Origin: Entomortierella parvispora E1425
Taxonomy: Eukaryota; Fungi; Mortierellomycota
NCBI GenBank assembly: GCA_020891255.1
Contig: BQFW01000015.1
Coordinates: 1,984,001-2,048,000 of the forward strand
Length of the DNA stretch: 64,000 bases
Direction: 5' to 3'
In this document: one piece after another, positions 36,001 to 50,100 of the stretch
Position numbering within the stretch: position 1 is the first letter of the stretch
Layout of the letters: each line of letters opens with the position of its first letter
Notes under the pieces: model-generated
What the model saw: the letters and a program-made list of their open reading frames with translations, nothing else
What the model was told of the DNA's origin: nothing
Databases searched by the model: none
Program-made: the position numbers and the translations under genes

Positions 36001-39000
36001 AAGTAACGATGAAGTTCAGGCAACAACTTCTTGATGACAGTGTCATGGATGCGACCAGCGAGAGCAGCAGCAGATTCTTCCGCCGACAGCTCAACCTCCA
36101 TAGCGTCCTCGTCCTCAACATCATCGTCAGCTTCCTCCTCTTCCTCCTCCTCAGCCTCAGGTGCCTCCTCCTCTTCCTCGGTAGCCTTGCTGCTAGAGAT
36201 TTCGGGCATGGGGGCTTCCTCCATCTCAACATCACCGTCCGCTTGTCCGCGTCTGGACTTTGTTCCCTCCACATCGGGTCTCTCGTTATCCTCTTCGGAC
36301 GCCTTCTTGCGATCAGCCTTGGGCTTCTGGACTCTGACCTTCTTGCGAACAATGGCAACAGCATCCTCGGCCGAGACTTCAACATTCTTGATATCAAAGT
36401 GGAAGTTGTCGAGGACGGTGATGACGGTACGGACCAAAATCTTCTCCATCTCAGCCTTGCGTGGGATAAGTTTCAAATAACTCTTCAACAACGCGTAGTA
36501 AGATCCCCAGGGCAGTTGCGAAGTAATCACACCCAAGGTGGCGATGGTCTCGTTCACCAAGTTATGGTCTGTGCTCTTGTCAGCCTCAAAGATGAAATGG
36601 GCAATCAGAGGAGCAAAAACTTGAGTAAGCGATGTGGGTCGGAATGTTCCCTTGGCGCACTCTTCCGAGAAACGGTTCAGGGCACGAATACGACGATGCA
36701 ACTGGATGTGGTAAATGTTGGTGAAGAACGAAGCTTCCTCGTCACCTCCAACCAACAATGGAGTCATGTCCGAGAACTGGACCTGATCAGGACAGCGCTT
36801 GACGGCATGAGCCAACACGGCCACAAACTCGTATCGCACCAATTCGATAGGGGACTTGAATCCCTTCTTGAGTCCAGGGTAGACGACATGAGCCAACAGA
36901 CCACGGAAAGCCTCGAACTGAGGATCCTCCTTTGACAAGTCTGCACACTGGTCGATAAATCGGGTAAGAGCAAAGGTAGAGTTGCTGCGGATGGACATTT
37001 CTTCAGGGTCCCGGATATAGAACAGCATGTTGTGGAGGACAGGCAGCCACTGACGGTCATTAAGATCCTTGTAGAGAGAGTCCGTGAGGAGGTTGAAAGC
37101 ATCCATGCGGCGGTCAAAGTCGGGAGTGTCGATGCGAGTCGTAGAGAACGCGTTCAGCTCAGCCACCAGCTTCGAAACAGCTTCGAATGACGTGTCAATC
37201 TTGGCAAACTCTGACATGATGTCGACCAGCAACACACGACAGTCTCGGGCCATCAAGGTCGAGAAGAGAACCACCATATGGTTGAAGTACTTTGTGAACA
37301 GAGCACTCTCAGGCGTCAGATCAGGGATGATTGGCACAAAGTTGACAATGATACGAAGAATATCGGCCTTGGTCCTCTCGGGTACCAGTCTGTGGTTCTT
37401 CTTGAGGCTCGGCAACAAAAGATCGACGAGCTTGATGGCCTGAGGACCGTTCTTGACGTAGGCTGCGACTTGGGAAAGAATGGCAATCTCCCTCTTGGAG
37501 AAGCTGTCCTTGCCAAACTTGGCATCCTCACTGCCCTTGGAAAGGACAATCTCAAGATTATCCAGGAGGCAATCGGTGTATGGAATCAAAACCTGTGTGG
37601 TCAAGGGCTTGTCGACCTCCTCCTTTTCTTCGAAGCAGTGCGACAAAATGTCCTCGCAAATCTCGAGAACCATAGAGATGACAGGATCGCGGACCTTCTT
37701 GGCAGAGAGACATCCGTACAACCTCTCAAGGACCTGTTTGTTGTACTTGACAAGGAACAAAACATACTCCTTGCGAGCAGCCCAGGTTGAGAACAATTCC
37801 ATGATGGCGGAAGGCGCTTGAGTGCTCTCAATATCCAAACGAGGAATACGTCTGTCGAGGAATGACTTGAACATGGCGGGCACATAGGGCTCAAAGTCAA
37901 AAGTCGTAATGGGCAAGCTGAACATCTTGGTGATACGCTTGATACCGAACTGACGCACATCCTTGAGTTGCTTGATTTGCAAAGTCTCAATCATACCCTC
38001 CTCAGCGCCAAGCATGGATTGGTCGCCAGCATCCAAATCAATCCTCTCTTGAGCTTGGTTGACCATGCAGAGGACTGCGGTCAAGAGCTGGGTGATGAAG
38101 GGAGCAATGGTGGTTCCGAGCATCTTGATGACGTCCTCGAGAATGTTGAGGAAACCGACCTGCTTACGGAGTGGACCAACACTTCCACGCTCCGCCGTGC
38201 TGTCTTCGCCAAAGGCAAACTCGCCATCAAAGATTCCAGCCGTGCCAAAATCGAAGGGACTGAGCATGAGCGAGATGAAGAATCCAAGTTCCTTGGAAGC
38301 GCATCCTCCGAGAGCGGTCAAAACGGCCTTGCGTCTTGCAGACATACCAGCCTTAGCCGATCCCTTTCCTTTCCTGGCAATCATACATCCGTAGAGCAAG
38401 CGGATGATGATGGGCATGACCTCATCACGATGCAAAGAGCCGATACTGGAGCTCTCTCCTTCAGCAATGATAAAGGTCGAAAGTTCATCACGGAACTTGA
38501 CGTCGTCCAGCATGTTCTTGAGGTTATCCTGGTATGGGAGCAATGCAGGCGACTTGAAGGTGAAGAGACAGTTGAGGGCCAAGGTTTGCAGAGGGGCGTC
38601 TCCGATCGTCAACAAGCGGAGATATAATGAATGCATTGTCGAACTCTCAAAGGTCTGCTTAGGATTCTTAAACTTTGCGAACAAAGCCAAGAACAGATGA
38701 AGACGATCCTTGGTATCCTTGGCGGTTTTGGGCAGGATCTGTAGCTTCTCGTTGGCATCCTCCTCCTCCTCCTCATCCTCGTCGAGATCACGTTCATCCT
38801 TGCGGTTCCAGGCGGGCTCGTATTCGGTTTTGATAAACTTCAAAAAGACTTGGACAACTTGACGGTTGTGAACCTCGGCAATTTGAGGCACCTCTGCAAG
38901 GGCCTTCAAAATCAGGCCATAGTAGTTCCAGTAATCGAGACGGTCCGATCCAGGCGCGTAGATCCTGATAAAGTGCATGACCAAAGCCATTCTCTGTTTT

Positions 39001-42000
39001 GAAGGGTCGGTGAGTTCGAACGAGGCCTCGTTTGCGCGGCGCATCTTCTTGAAGTTGGGACAGTCAAAGTTGATGCCCTTCTTCTTTGCCTCCTTGTTCT
39101 CTCCACTCAATCCAAGTCGATCCTGGGCGTCGTGGTAGTCTGCAATGGCTTGTGCAGAGAGTCCACTCTCGACCAAGAGAGCTTCGTCCTCAAACCGCTG
39201 GATCTCTCCAAAGAGCAAGTCCCAGAATGCGTCCGAGTGAAGCTCTGCGGTCTTGATCAACAATGTTGTGGCATCGGCCCACAATGGCTGGAAGTTGATG
39301 GTCAGAATTCCGAGACAGAGACGCATGGCAACCGTCTTGTAAAAGTCGTTCACTCTTCCAGAGGCAATCATGGTGTGGAGTTTCCGGATTTGCATCGTCT
39401 TTTCTCTGTAAGTGTCGACTGTCACGTCGATATCCTCGATAGCCAAACACTGGAAAAAGATGTCATTCTGGGGAAGCGCATTCTGCTGAGCGTCCTGATC
39501 GACATAGGGGATGACATCAAAGCTTGAGAGAATTTGCAACGTATGAAGTCTCCGTCTGTGCTGCATCGAGTTGATGTTCTTTTCCAGCTTTGGGTACAGC
39601 TTTCTCAAAAGGGCCTCTGAGAACTTCTTTCCAGCAGCGTTGCTAAGGAAATGGGGCTGCAGATCAGTACATGCTATCTAGATTGTCATATTCACAGACG
39701 ACAACAACAAGCGACAATCCTTACCTGTCCTTCAGAATTGTGCAGTACTTGGCCACACCTCTTAGTACAACCTCGTTAGAGCCGTAGTTGAGAAGAGCAT
39801 CCTCAACAATGATGTCCCAGTGCTTCAAAAGCAAGTCTGTTCCTGCGGTACCATTGCGTTCGCTAGTGACAGCCAAGACCTCGATGGCCTCGCCGAGAAG
39901 GATGTGAAGTGTTGCCATAGATGAACCCTGGACAAATGGTCGTTTCTGGAGTGTGATGGTCTGATCTTCCTTTGACAATGCAGCAAGAAGAGATCCCAAA
40001 AGCTTCATGATGGCGGCCGAGGTGTTTTCGAATGACGAGGAGATCTGGGGAACGATGGACAAAGCTGCAGTGACGAGTGCAATGCGAGGAATAAGAGATT
40101 GGTCCTCATCATCAAATGAGAGGTTGCCGAGAGCGTCAGCCTCAGTCTTCCAGTCGCAGGGCTCGGACAAGATGCGCAAGATTCCATCCAGAATTGATTC
40201 AGAGCTTTCCTGCGCTGCCTTTGCTGACTTCTTTTTGCTGGGGGCGGCCTTTCCAGCGGGGAATTTAAGAAGACCATTCGAATCAACAGTCGCCGCGATC
40301 ATTCCTGGAGTCAACACCAGGACGTCTGAAGTGAGAAGAGTGGCGAGGAAGACGATGATCTGGCAAGAGTGCTCAGGTCCCCAATTGCTGGCGCAGTACT
40401 TGACGATATGGGGAAGCAAGATCTGGGTGTAGTGGCTCCACTTCAAATGAATAAGAGAAACCGAGAACGCCAAGACCGTAGACACATCCTATGAGACAGA
40501 AAAATATTAAATAAGCAACTGACTCAGTCAATACAACTCCACCTTTCATCTCATCATTTCATTCATACCTTGTGCTTGTAAATAGAATCCAATAAAAGTC
40601 CTCCTGGGAAGAGTACGCTCTCCAATGGCGAATATGCGAACAATGAGCTGGAGAGCTTCATCATTTCCTGGATGACCACTGAAGGAGCCTGCGAGTTCTC
40701 AGCCAAGGCTAATGAGGAGACCTTGATCGCCTTTTCGTAAATCTTGACAAAATCTAAACAAAATAAAGTCAGTCATAGGAAGATCTTCATATCTTTCAAT
40801 GAGAGTACAAAAGTTTGATGCCATACCTTCAATACGGTTGGCCTTTCTGACAGACACACAGACATGGATAAGTGCCAATGACTCGGCAATATTGAGCCAT
40901 CTCTGCTCTGCCTCCTTGGGGGTTTTGGCAACCTGGTCCACACTGGAAGTCAATTCTGACAAAAGCATTTCGCAGACTCCTTGGAAATGCTCCTTTGTCG
41001 AATAATGGACCATAAGGACAAGAGTCTTTGTCAAGGCTCTGAATGTAGCGTTTTGATGCAGTCCTTCCTCGGTAGCCTCCACATCGGTTTCCTGCTTCAA
41101 AGCTTGAATAACCTGACGAAGGACAATGTCCACTCCTCTGTGCTGGAACTGATTTCCGACAAGCTTGATGGTCTCAAAGAAAAGCTTTGCAACGCCCTCC
41201 ACAAATTCCTCTGTTGGTGAGTCGTGCAAAAGTGAGAGAATATAAGTCAGGATGACTTTGAGATGGTCGATAGGTGCTTTCCGGATGAGGTATGAGAATG
41301 ATTCTGCTGCAAAGTTGCGGATATATGGCTTTTGGATGTTGTCTTCTCCGAGGTAGGGTGCAAGGAGTCTAGAAAATAGCATAAAACTGTAAGAAGCTGA
41401 TAACCACAAAAATATGCCAATGTTGCGGCAGAGTCATTATTCATACTTGAAGACAGGGCACAGATCTGTCCTGAGCTGCTCAGAGTATTTCTTGAATAAG
41501 GATGCTATGCAGTTGAATGCCCACTAAAAAAAATCAAGAAAAAAACGTGAGAAAACTGTCGTATTCCTAGCAGCTATAGAGAGTACTCGGCATAAGTTGA
41601 TCAATTACCTCAATAACTTTGACATCCCGAAAGTCCACCAAGGGCAAGATGGCCGTAAGGAGCCTATCAACATATGGGAATAGTTCCTGGTCCAGATCCT
41701 TGGAAAGTTGTGTTGTCAGGTCCAGAATAGGCTCCAATGCTAGTACGTTCCCGTCCTTCAAGTTCTTGATCAAAAGCTCGACGACTTGGTCCTTATGATA
41801 CAAAAGTTGGGGTAAAGTCTGGCAATAGCTCTTGACGTCCAGGCCGAAGCGAACAAAGGGTGCTGACAAGTTCAGCTCCTTCCACTCCTCGAGGGCGTCA
41901 TTAAAATGAGATCCGGTCGCAACAGTCGCGCTTTCCTTCAGTCCCACTTGACGGGTGATCTTGATCTTGAGCTGATTGACACGGACATTGAAGCTTTGAT

Positions 42001-42182
42001 ACTAGGTGAGGTAATGATTTGTAGGCGAGGCATATCGAGTTAGTCTACACTGTCGCATCTAGCCGTCTTGATGAATATTGTGCCGGTAGCTGCTTTATCA
42101 AAGATGAGCAAGTGGACGGTACCCTGTATCGGTTTGCCCCCTGACCCTCATTCAGCTCCTTTGCCACTGAATTCTCCTGCAT
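33001..42182 (-). CDS. UTP20: U3 snoRNP/SSU processome component Utp20, large HEAT-repeat protein, about 8 exons
   Basis: N-terminal RYRYQSFNVRVNQLKI, SHFNDALEEWKELNLS, TLPQLLYHKD, RNFAAESFSYLIRK; IYHIQLHRRIRALNRF, LRGYQLHVLGFTLH, LLDYPHG, HPHAWVR; C-terminal KQKRVMQAINDPEARARRRIQKN. Confidence 0.96.
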
Positions 42183-43410
42183 TGTGTATGGATGGAGATG
42201 CAGCGGTGCTGTGAGGAGATGAAATTAGAGATGGATGGGATGGGCGGCAAGGAGAGAATGAATGATGCAAAGAGTGAATGGCCAAGAATGTCTTCTGCGC
42301 TTGTTGACCCCCATGGAAGGACCAAAAAAAAAAAAAAAAGAAAGTGGGTGACTGCTAATAGAGATTGTTTTCCTCTGTGGCTTTGATAACTGGCTGCCAG
42401 ACATGATCATGTGACTTTTTGATCAGGCGAGGATTGCTTGCCCGATTTGGACAAAGTCCACAACCATTACATCATTGCTCGCAGAAGGTCCTTTGGTCTG
42501 GGGTTCTCTTGCCCCTTGCACAAAGCAAAGCGGAAATGATGTCGATGATGACGATTGCCTTGCACTAACTCTCGCACCCCCTTTGGTGGATCGTGCCTCC
42601 TTCGTTTCTCCACTTCCCGCTCCTTCCAGATTACCCGTTCACGTCCATCGGTCAAACTCCCAAACCCCCCATCTTCCATTCCGCCATTTCACCGCGAAGG
42701 AAACTTTTTCACCGAGACCTCTTCGCGCCAGACTTTGTTGTACTGGACCGAGCGGTGAATGATTGTCCTCTCTTTTGCTTTTTTCAGAATCCGTGGTTCT
42801 TCCTTGGTCTTGTCCTTCTGCGCTTAATCGATCTGGTCTAACCCGTTTTCGACCTGAAATAGCCCCTGTACTTTCAATTGAACGATCGCATCGCATCGTC
42901 CTTTTTTCTATCCCACCTTGCATTGCCTCCATTGCTCCTTGCTTGGGTCCTGAGGTGCCCTGTAAGGCCCGCATCGCCGAGAGAAGTAAAGAGAAACCCT
43001 CCCACCCGAGCCAGCCCTCCATCCGCCCGCTTCATCTCTCCACACACCTATTTTCATCATTTCATGAGCTCACGATTTTTGGGATTGCTCAACCTTGTCT
43101 CTTAGTGCCGTTGTCGCACTTCCTTCCTTTTCACATCCAATACCATACATAGACAGTGACGGTGTAGCCATCCTTCGTGATAGGCACAGCGGCTCAAATA
43201 TTTGACTTGTTCTCTCTTCCCTTCTTCCTTTTCTTTCCCCTCCTCCCCTGATTATAACAACGGCTCGTTTTCCTATTCTTACGTCTGAGTTTGAGCGTCT
43301 GCTCTCTTTCAGCTGAAAACCTGCCTTGCATCTACTCCTGGCTCAAGTCAATTGATGCCCTACTCGTCATATTTAGCCCCCTTCATTCTTCCATCGCATC
43401 GCACGCACCA

Positions 43411-45664
43411 ATGAATCTCTCTTATCTTTTAAACCCTCTTGAGGCCAGTAAGGACAACAAAGATCCTTCGCAATCAGGGTCAGCCTCCGCATCAGCCTCT
43501 ACCAAAGATCACATTAGCAGCAGCACCACAGACATTCACCCGAGAAATAACAGAGATAAGGCATCTTCGACTGTCGACTCTGAGACCGATCTGACCGCAA
43601 ACAGAGCCCAATTCAAGAACAAGGGTAGGAATGTACAGAGTCTTACGGACGGCGATCTGACGGATAATCGACGGTCTTGTCACTCAGATTCATTCGACCT
43701 TGCACCTCTTGGCCTTGTTCAGGAAGGTGCTGCCCAAACCCCACCTCCGCCTCACTCAAGTATGGTGTTGACTTCGAAAGTTCATTTATCTGATATATGG
43801 TCATAAGGGAATGCAGTGTTTTTTTACCACTATGTCCCTCCCCTGCTTAGGTTCCAACCGAGATTCGCTCGCTCTTCCAAAAACCCCCTTGCTATGGGAT
43901 GACCACGAGCGCGGAAAGGAGTCTGTGGGTGTAAAAAGAAAACAATATAGATCCGCTAAACCACCCCGAGTTCCAATAACTGTGGACGGCGTCGGCAGTG
44001 ACAGCAACAGCAACAGTTATGACTACAGCGGCAAAAGTGGTGGCAGCGGTAGCAGCAGTACAAGCAATAGCACCGGGATGGCGGATATCCGACGTAGAGG
44101 TGACTCCTTCAAGCGAGGCAAGAAATCGCCCGAGCCTAAAGACGCTGATGTGGACTCTGCTCTGCAGCCAGATCTGGAGCGAACAGCAGATGGAAAGTAA
44201 GTTCACAAAGGGTCCAATGAACATTGCGGATAAAAACAAGTTGAGAAGCAGGCACGCACGATGTAGAGCAAGATAACGGACACATCACAGACATAGCACA
44301 GACAATCAAAATTGGTCAACAGCCCCCCCCCTTCCTCTCCCCAACTTTGGCATTCATGATGGCTCACATTTAACATTCCTCTCCCCTTTTCCCCTTTGTC
44401 CATCTACCTGTCAGGTTTCGCTGCAACTGGCCTCGATGTGGCAAGGAGTTCTCCGTGGCGGCGCGTCTCTCGACCCACTTTCGGATTCATTTGGGCAAGC
44501 CACCTTACCTTTGTGGTAAAGGGCGTTCAAGCTCAATTGGATATCCCTATCCTTTTATCAACAGCAACTGACGCCTACCAACTTTCTTTACTCAATCTTC
44601 TCTTTGGTAGGTTACAAGGGCTGTGAGAAAGCTTTCCACACTGTAAGCAGAGACATTCTTCCCCTTCGATTCTACCCAGCCTAGAACATATCCCACTCAC
44701 CGTACATCCATCTTCGTTGTCGTGATTGTGTAAATAGTCTTCATCTCTTTCCCACCATCGCGTCGTGCACACGGACCAGAGTCTTCGTCCCTATGTCTGC
44801 CGCCATGACCGCTGTGGCGCGACTTATACGCAGCTGGCCCGTCTGATTACCCATCAGCGCACAACGCACAGCGGCTCTATCCTCTTTATCTCTCCTGAAG
44901 CAGCCGCATCCACATCCTCCTCCCCAACCTCCCCTTTGTTTTCATCTTTGCCTCCAACGTCTGCTTCAATCTATGCCACTGCTGGAGATCGGCCCGCTCG
45001 GGAGTTTCCTTTTCACTTGTCTCGTACTCATTCTGATAGTTACCCTCAGGATGGAAGAGCGCGGCGGGCAGAGAGTGACTATCCAGATGAGAATGTCAAC
45101 GAGATGCGCTTGAGGGCCGAGGCGGCTCTGACCATGGCCAGTTTCAGCACTATGGCCACCATTCGCGATGCTTCTTCCCCTTGGTCCTCATCTGAGGAAA
45201 CCCCTCCTCGAGCCCGGGTCGGACCCACTGACTATCACCCACATTCCGCACCCTATGACAATCGCAGCTATTATCCCCAAGGGCCATCACAACCCACAAG
45301 CCCCGATGAACACCAACAGCAGCCTCATCCGCCAGGATGGTTCTCAAACCAGCCTCCAGCACGCTCAGGTCATGGATATCATCGTCATTCCCAAGGGACT
45401 TCACCCCTCTATGAAGGAGACAGTCCCAAAAATGACCGTCGTCGCTACTATCAAGGCTATTCACCCCAAGCTCAGCCTGTTAGTCCTGACCAAGACCGTA
45501 AATATCAAAGAGGGTGGAGTACCCAGCACAGCCCATCTGATAACAGTGAGGAATACTATCGTCTGGAGCGAGGGTATTTTGACAGCCTGTACCCGAGTGA
45601 AGGCTTTTCTCCGCCACAGGAGCCACCTCACGACAAAGAATCGTCCCCAGATAGTCCTCAATAG
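43411..45664 (+). CDS. C2H2 zinc-finger transcription factor (three fingers), 5 exons
   Basis: Spliced fingers: FRCNWPRCGKEFSVAARLSTHFRIH, YLCGYKGCEKAFHTSSSLSHHRVVH, YVCRHDRCGATYTQLARLITHQRTTH. N-terminus MNLSYLLNP; the start is tentative. Confidence 0.85.
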
Positions 45665-45961
45665 ACTGGCCCATGTTTTTTTTTGCATAGTTTCCACACA
45701 ATAAATCTAGTCTTATAGACTTGACACTGTCGTTTCTTTCAAGAGATATATATGTTGTATTGTACAAAGTTTGCTGGCATTAGTTCTTGCAGGACGGGAG
45801 AGAGATGGTCGGCACTGACAAAGAGACGATCAAAGAGCGTGGGGTTCCTTTAAAATTAGGAGTGAAATGTGAAAGAGCCGCGCCAGCAATTTTCACATTT
45901 GTCCATGCCCGAATAAAAAGGCCCGAGTGAGAAAAAAAAAAAAAAGGCTCCGAAAGACCAT

Positions 45962-46715
45962 TTAGTAATCATCCTCGTCGTCGTCATAGCGGTCGTAGGG
46001 TTTGCTTCTCCTTGAGCTGGAGCCACCGTCATCCCTGTCATCACGATCCCGACGACTGCTTCCACGATCATCCCTGTCTCTATCCTGCGCAGCTGACTTT
46101 GCGGCCTTTGCAGAGGCGTTAACGGTCTCGCAGGCGTCGATCCAGTCGTGGTAAACATCAACGGCGTGGCTAAGATCTAGAATGGTGACGAAACAAAGAA
46201 AACATAGAAACATAGTGAGTGCCTTGGATACTTTGGCCAGGTGTCTACAGTGGATCGGTGAATAATAAAAACAACAATACTGCAAGTGCAGCGAAACAAT
46301 AAACGGCATCTTACAGTTGATCGCACAAGTAAAGGTGACACCACACATGCGGCATTGCAGGTGGCCAACTTTTTGGTCGAAATCACTAAATAAAAGAGAG
46401 ATTTGGATTAATTACAGAGCCGAATCTCAAGTCAGCGTTGATGGTTGGATTCGGATCGTGCAACAGATTCCATTGCTGCGCTCCATTCAAGTCCTGATGC
46501 AATGAGCAAAGGAAGAAGTGCAGATTGACAGATCGAGATCATGGGGTGCATGGTCGAGATAAGAATATGGAGGTGAGCGGGGTGAGGGGGTCGACTCCTT
46601 ACAGCTTGCAGTTGATGGACTTTTCGTGGAAACAAGAGACGCAGTCGAACTGGGTGTCGAGGGTTTTCTTGACTCTGCCGGCGGGCTTGCGTGAACTGCT
46701 CTTTCTCTTTCCCAT
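45962..46715 (-). CDS. ELF1: Transcription elongation factor Elf1, 3 exons
   Basis: MGKRKSSSRKP...LDTQFDCVSCFHEKSINCKL, VGHLQCRMCG, INYLSHAVDVYHDWIDACE. Confidence 0.95.
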
Positions 46716-46743
46716 GGCTGATTGCTGATTGGATTCAAACGAT

Positions 46744-46934
46744 TAAAAAAAAAAAAAAAAAAAAAAGAGAGAGAGGGGAAGGGAGGGAAGAAAAGAGAGA
46801 GCCAATCTCGCCCATGCATCGGTCTGTCTGTAGGCGTGAGTGCATGCACCTTTGCCGCCCATTTGTGCACGTGACTCGAGCAAAGAAGCAAAGAAGGAAA
46901 AAATAAAAAAAAAAAAAAAAAAAAAAGAGAGAGA
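46744..46934. promoter_or_regulatory. ELF1-MIP1 bidirectional promoter: two identical T-A22-GAGAGAGA blocks 160 bp apart flanking a CACGTGAC site
   Basis: Blocks at 46744-46774 and 46904-46934; E-box at 46868-46875. Confidence 0.55.
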
Positions 46935-46967
46935 AAACCCCCTTTCTCGCCCCCTGCGAAGAGCGTG

Positions 46968-47026
46968 CACATACACACATTCACACACACACTCACACAC
47001 ACACACACACACTCACACAAACACAC
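46968..47026. repeat. Imperfect (CA)n microsatellite
   Basis: Read directly from the sequence. Confidence 0.9.
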
Positions 47027-47157
47027 GAACAAACAAAACACCGCTCTTCTGCTTCTTTTCTCCCATGGCCCTCCATTGATCTCTCTTCCTCGCAAGCCCC
47101 CGTCCTTCCTTTCTTCCTTCTTCTCCCCCCACACTTGCACTTGCACTCTGACTCGCA

Positions 47158-50100
47158 ATGGTGCAGCGCATCGTGCCGAGTCGTCCCTGGCATGCACCGA
47201 GCACCCTGCTGTCGCTCTGCTCGCCTTCCTCCACAGCCACAGTCCAGGCCCGCGCCTGCTCGCGCCTGTCCACGGTCAGGTCGGTGCCGTCGGTGGCCTC
47301 ACAGCAGAGAGCGATTCTCACCGCTGGGTCTCGTCTCTTGATCCAGCGCTCGGTCCTGGACAGACGTTCTTATTCGTCAAGCACGACTAGCCGTAAGCTT
47401 TAATTTTGTAGGATGATAGCATGGCCGTTGGAAATATTGACCCCACCTGACCATGCATGTTCCACAATGGCCTTTTGTAGCCCTTCGCAAGAACGAGGTC
47501 GATGTGCAGATGCTTCACCCAGAGCTGCACAAGCTCGTTTTCCCCGAGAGTAAATCCGCTTTGACAAAGGACCCCATAAAGCCCACCCCAGACATGGTCC
47601 GATGCGCAATATCACATCTCGAGAAGCAGAACCTTTGGGGCAAAGAGGCCATTTTGGTACCAGACACAGCGTTTTCCGTGCCAGAGCTGCGCGGACAAAC
47701 CATCGAGGACCATTTCTACAACATCGGACTCCAAGACGCTGCACCATATAGGGAAATCGCCGTCCAATTTGCACAGTCGTCGACAATTGCGCCACCAAAA
47801 AAATGGGTTCTAAAGGCTGGGTGGACCCGATACGGAAAAGATGGCTCTATTACCCAGGTCGCATATCCTCAAGAAAAGGCCCTGGCCTTTGATGTAGAAA
47901 CCGTCCCTGGACTGAGCAAATACCCGGTCATGGCCTGCGCTGTCTCTGCCGAAGCGTGGTACGGCTGGGTGTCACCCTGGTTGATTAAGCCAGTCAAGAA
48001 AGGATTGGCCAATGACCAACATCTCTTGCCTTTTGGAAAGAGTGAGAACCGACCTGGCCAAGAGAGGATATTGGTCGGACACAACGTTGGATACGACCGT
48101 GCCCGTGTGCTGGAAGAGTACTCGCTAGATCTGAGCGGAATTCGATATTTGGACACGATGAGTCTTCACATTGCTGGATCAGGACTTTGCACGCAACAAC
48201 GGCCCAGTTGGCTCAAGTACTCCAAGGCGGTTGAGAGCGAAAATGAGGCCTATGTGAAAGAGTTCAAGAATACGACAGGAAAATACTTTGACGTCAGTGC
48301 AATCAACAGCTTGATGCAGGTCGCCAAATTCCACTGTGATATCCGAATGGACAAGGCACCGCGAGACATTCTCATGGAGGCCACAGAGATCTCGACCATC
48401 CAAGAGAACTTTCAGGAACTTATGACGTATTGCGGTAGAGATGTCGCTGCCACACACGCCGTCTTCCAAAAGACCTTTCCCAAATTCTTGGAAACATGCC
48501 CCCATCCGGTCTCGCTTGCTGGCATTTTACAAATGGGATCCTCCTTCTTGACTGTGAATGAGGGATGGACAGCATACCTGAGCCGATGTAGCAAACTCTA
48601 CCAGGAGATGACAGAAAACGTAGAGTCCAAACTACTACTACTCGCCAACAACGCTCTGGAGAATTTTGAAAAGGATCCCAACTTCTATGCCGACGACCCA
48701 TGGCTGAGTCAGTTGGATTGGGAGATGCCTAAGCGTAGATGGAAGGAGGGCATACCTTTGAAGAAAGGCGATGGATGGAGGAAAGGACAAGAGCCTCGTT
48801 GGGTGTGCGGTACAAAGCTCCTCCCAGATAAGCCAGAATGGTATCGAGGTCTTTGGGATACCGGCTCAAAGCGCATCAAAATGACGACAAGACAGCGGAT
48901 AGCACCTCTACTTTTGAAGCTTCAGTGGCGTGGCTTTCCTCTCGTCCACTCCTCGCTTCACGGCTGGACTTTCCGCGTGCCAAAGGACAACGAAAGCTTT
49001 ATTACCAAGGCTGCACCGTTGACTTTCCCACCAGAGAATGAAGCTGGATATCAACCAAACATTCAACCGGATCACTACCGATATTACCGGTTACCACACA
49101 AATCTGGAGATGGCGCTAATGTCGGAAACCCATTAGCAAAGAACTATATCTCATATTTCGAGGAAAACGTGCTGAGCTCTTTTGCTGCAGAGGGCGAGTC
49201 AACAGACGACAGCAGTCGACTGGCGAGGCAAGCGTTAGACATGAATGCTCAGTGTGCATACTGGGTCAGCGCCAGAGAACGTATCGAGGAGCAATTTGTC
49301 GTTTGGGACAAGAGTGCTAAAGGCCCAGGACCAGCGATGGGACTACCAGACCGCGGTGAAGGTCGGCTGGGTGGCATGATCATGCCTCAGATTATCACCA
49401 TGGGCACCGTAACACGCCGCGCTGTGGAAAAGACCTGGATGACCGCTAGTAACGCCAAAAAGAACAGGATTGGATCAGAGCTAAAGTCGATGGTGGAGGC
49501 TCCTGCTGGCTACAAGATCGTAGGTGCCGATGTGGATTCTGAGGAGCTATGGATTTCGAGTTTGATGGGCGATGCTCAGTTCAGGATGCATGGTGCAACT
49601 GCCCTTGGTTGGATGACATTGCAAGGTACCAAAGCTGCCGGCACCGATCTTCACTCGAAAACTGCACAGATTCTTGGCATTTCACGCGATCAGGCAAAGG
49701 TTTTCAATTATGGGCGAATTTATGGAGCTGGACTGAAGTTTGCCGCCCGACTTTTGCAGCAGTTTAACACGACCATTGATGCGGCGGAGGCAAAGCTGCG
49801 TGCCAACAACCTGTACACGGCCACCAAAGGAACAAAGCAGCACAAAGAACCCGAGTACTCATTGGTCACAGATCGGCCGTTTTGGCATGGTGGCACGGAG
49901 AGTTATATGTTCAACAGTCTGGAGCGGACTGCTACCGCCGATGACCCTCGTACGCCTGCCCTGGGGTGTGGTATCACGGACGCACTAAAGCCCAAACACA
50001 CTGAGCAACAGTTCATGACGTCCCGCGTCAATTGGGTCGTTCAGTCATCTGGTGTGGATTATTTGCATCTTCTTCTGGTGTCGATGAACTACTTGATCAA

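Noticed and set aside
33495-36935. Long + strand ORFs (547 aa and 465 aa) opposite UTP20
   Set aside because: Antisense shadows of a codon-biased coding sequence, with no domain features. The same applies to antisense ORFs over GH89, COG7 and SWC4.
42401-42412. 12-bp palindrome ACATGATCATGT upstream of UTP20
   Set aside because: Single occurrence with no supporting recurrence; length is within chance expectation for 64 kb.
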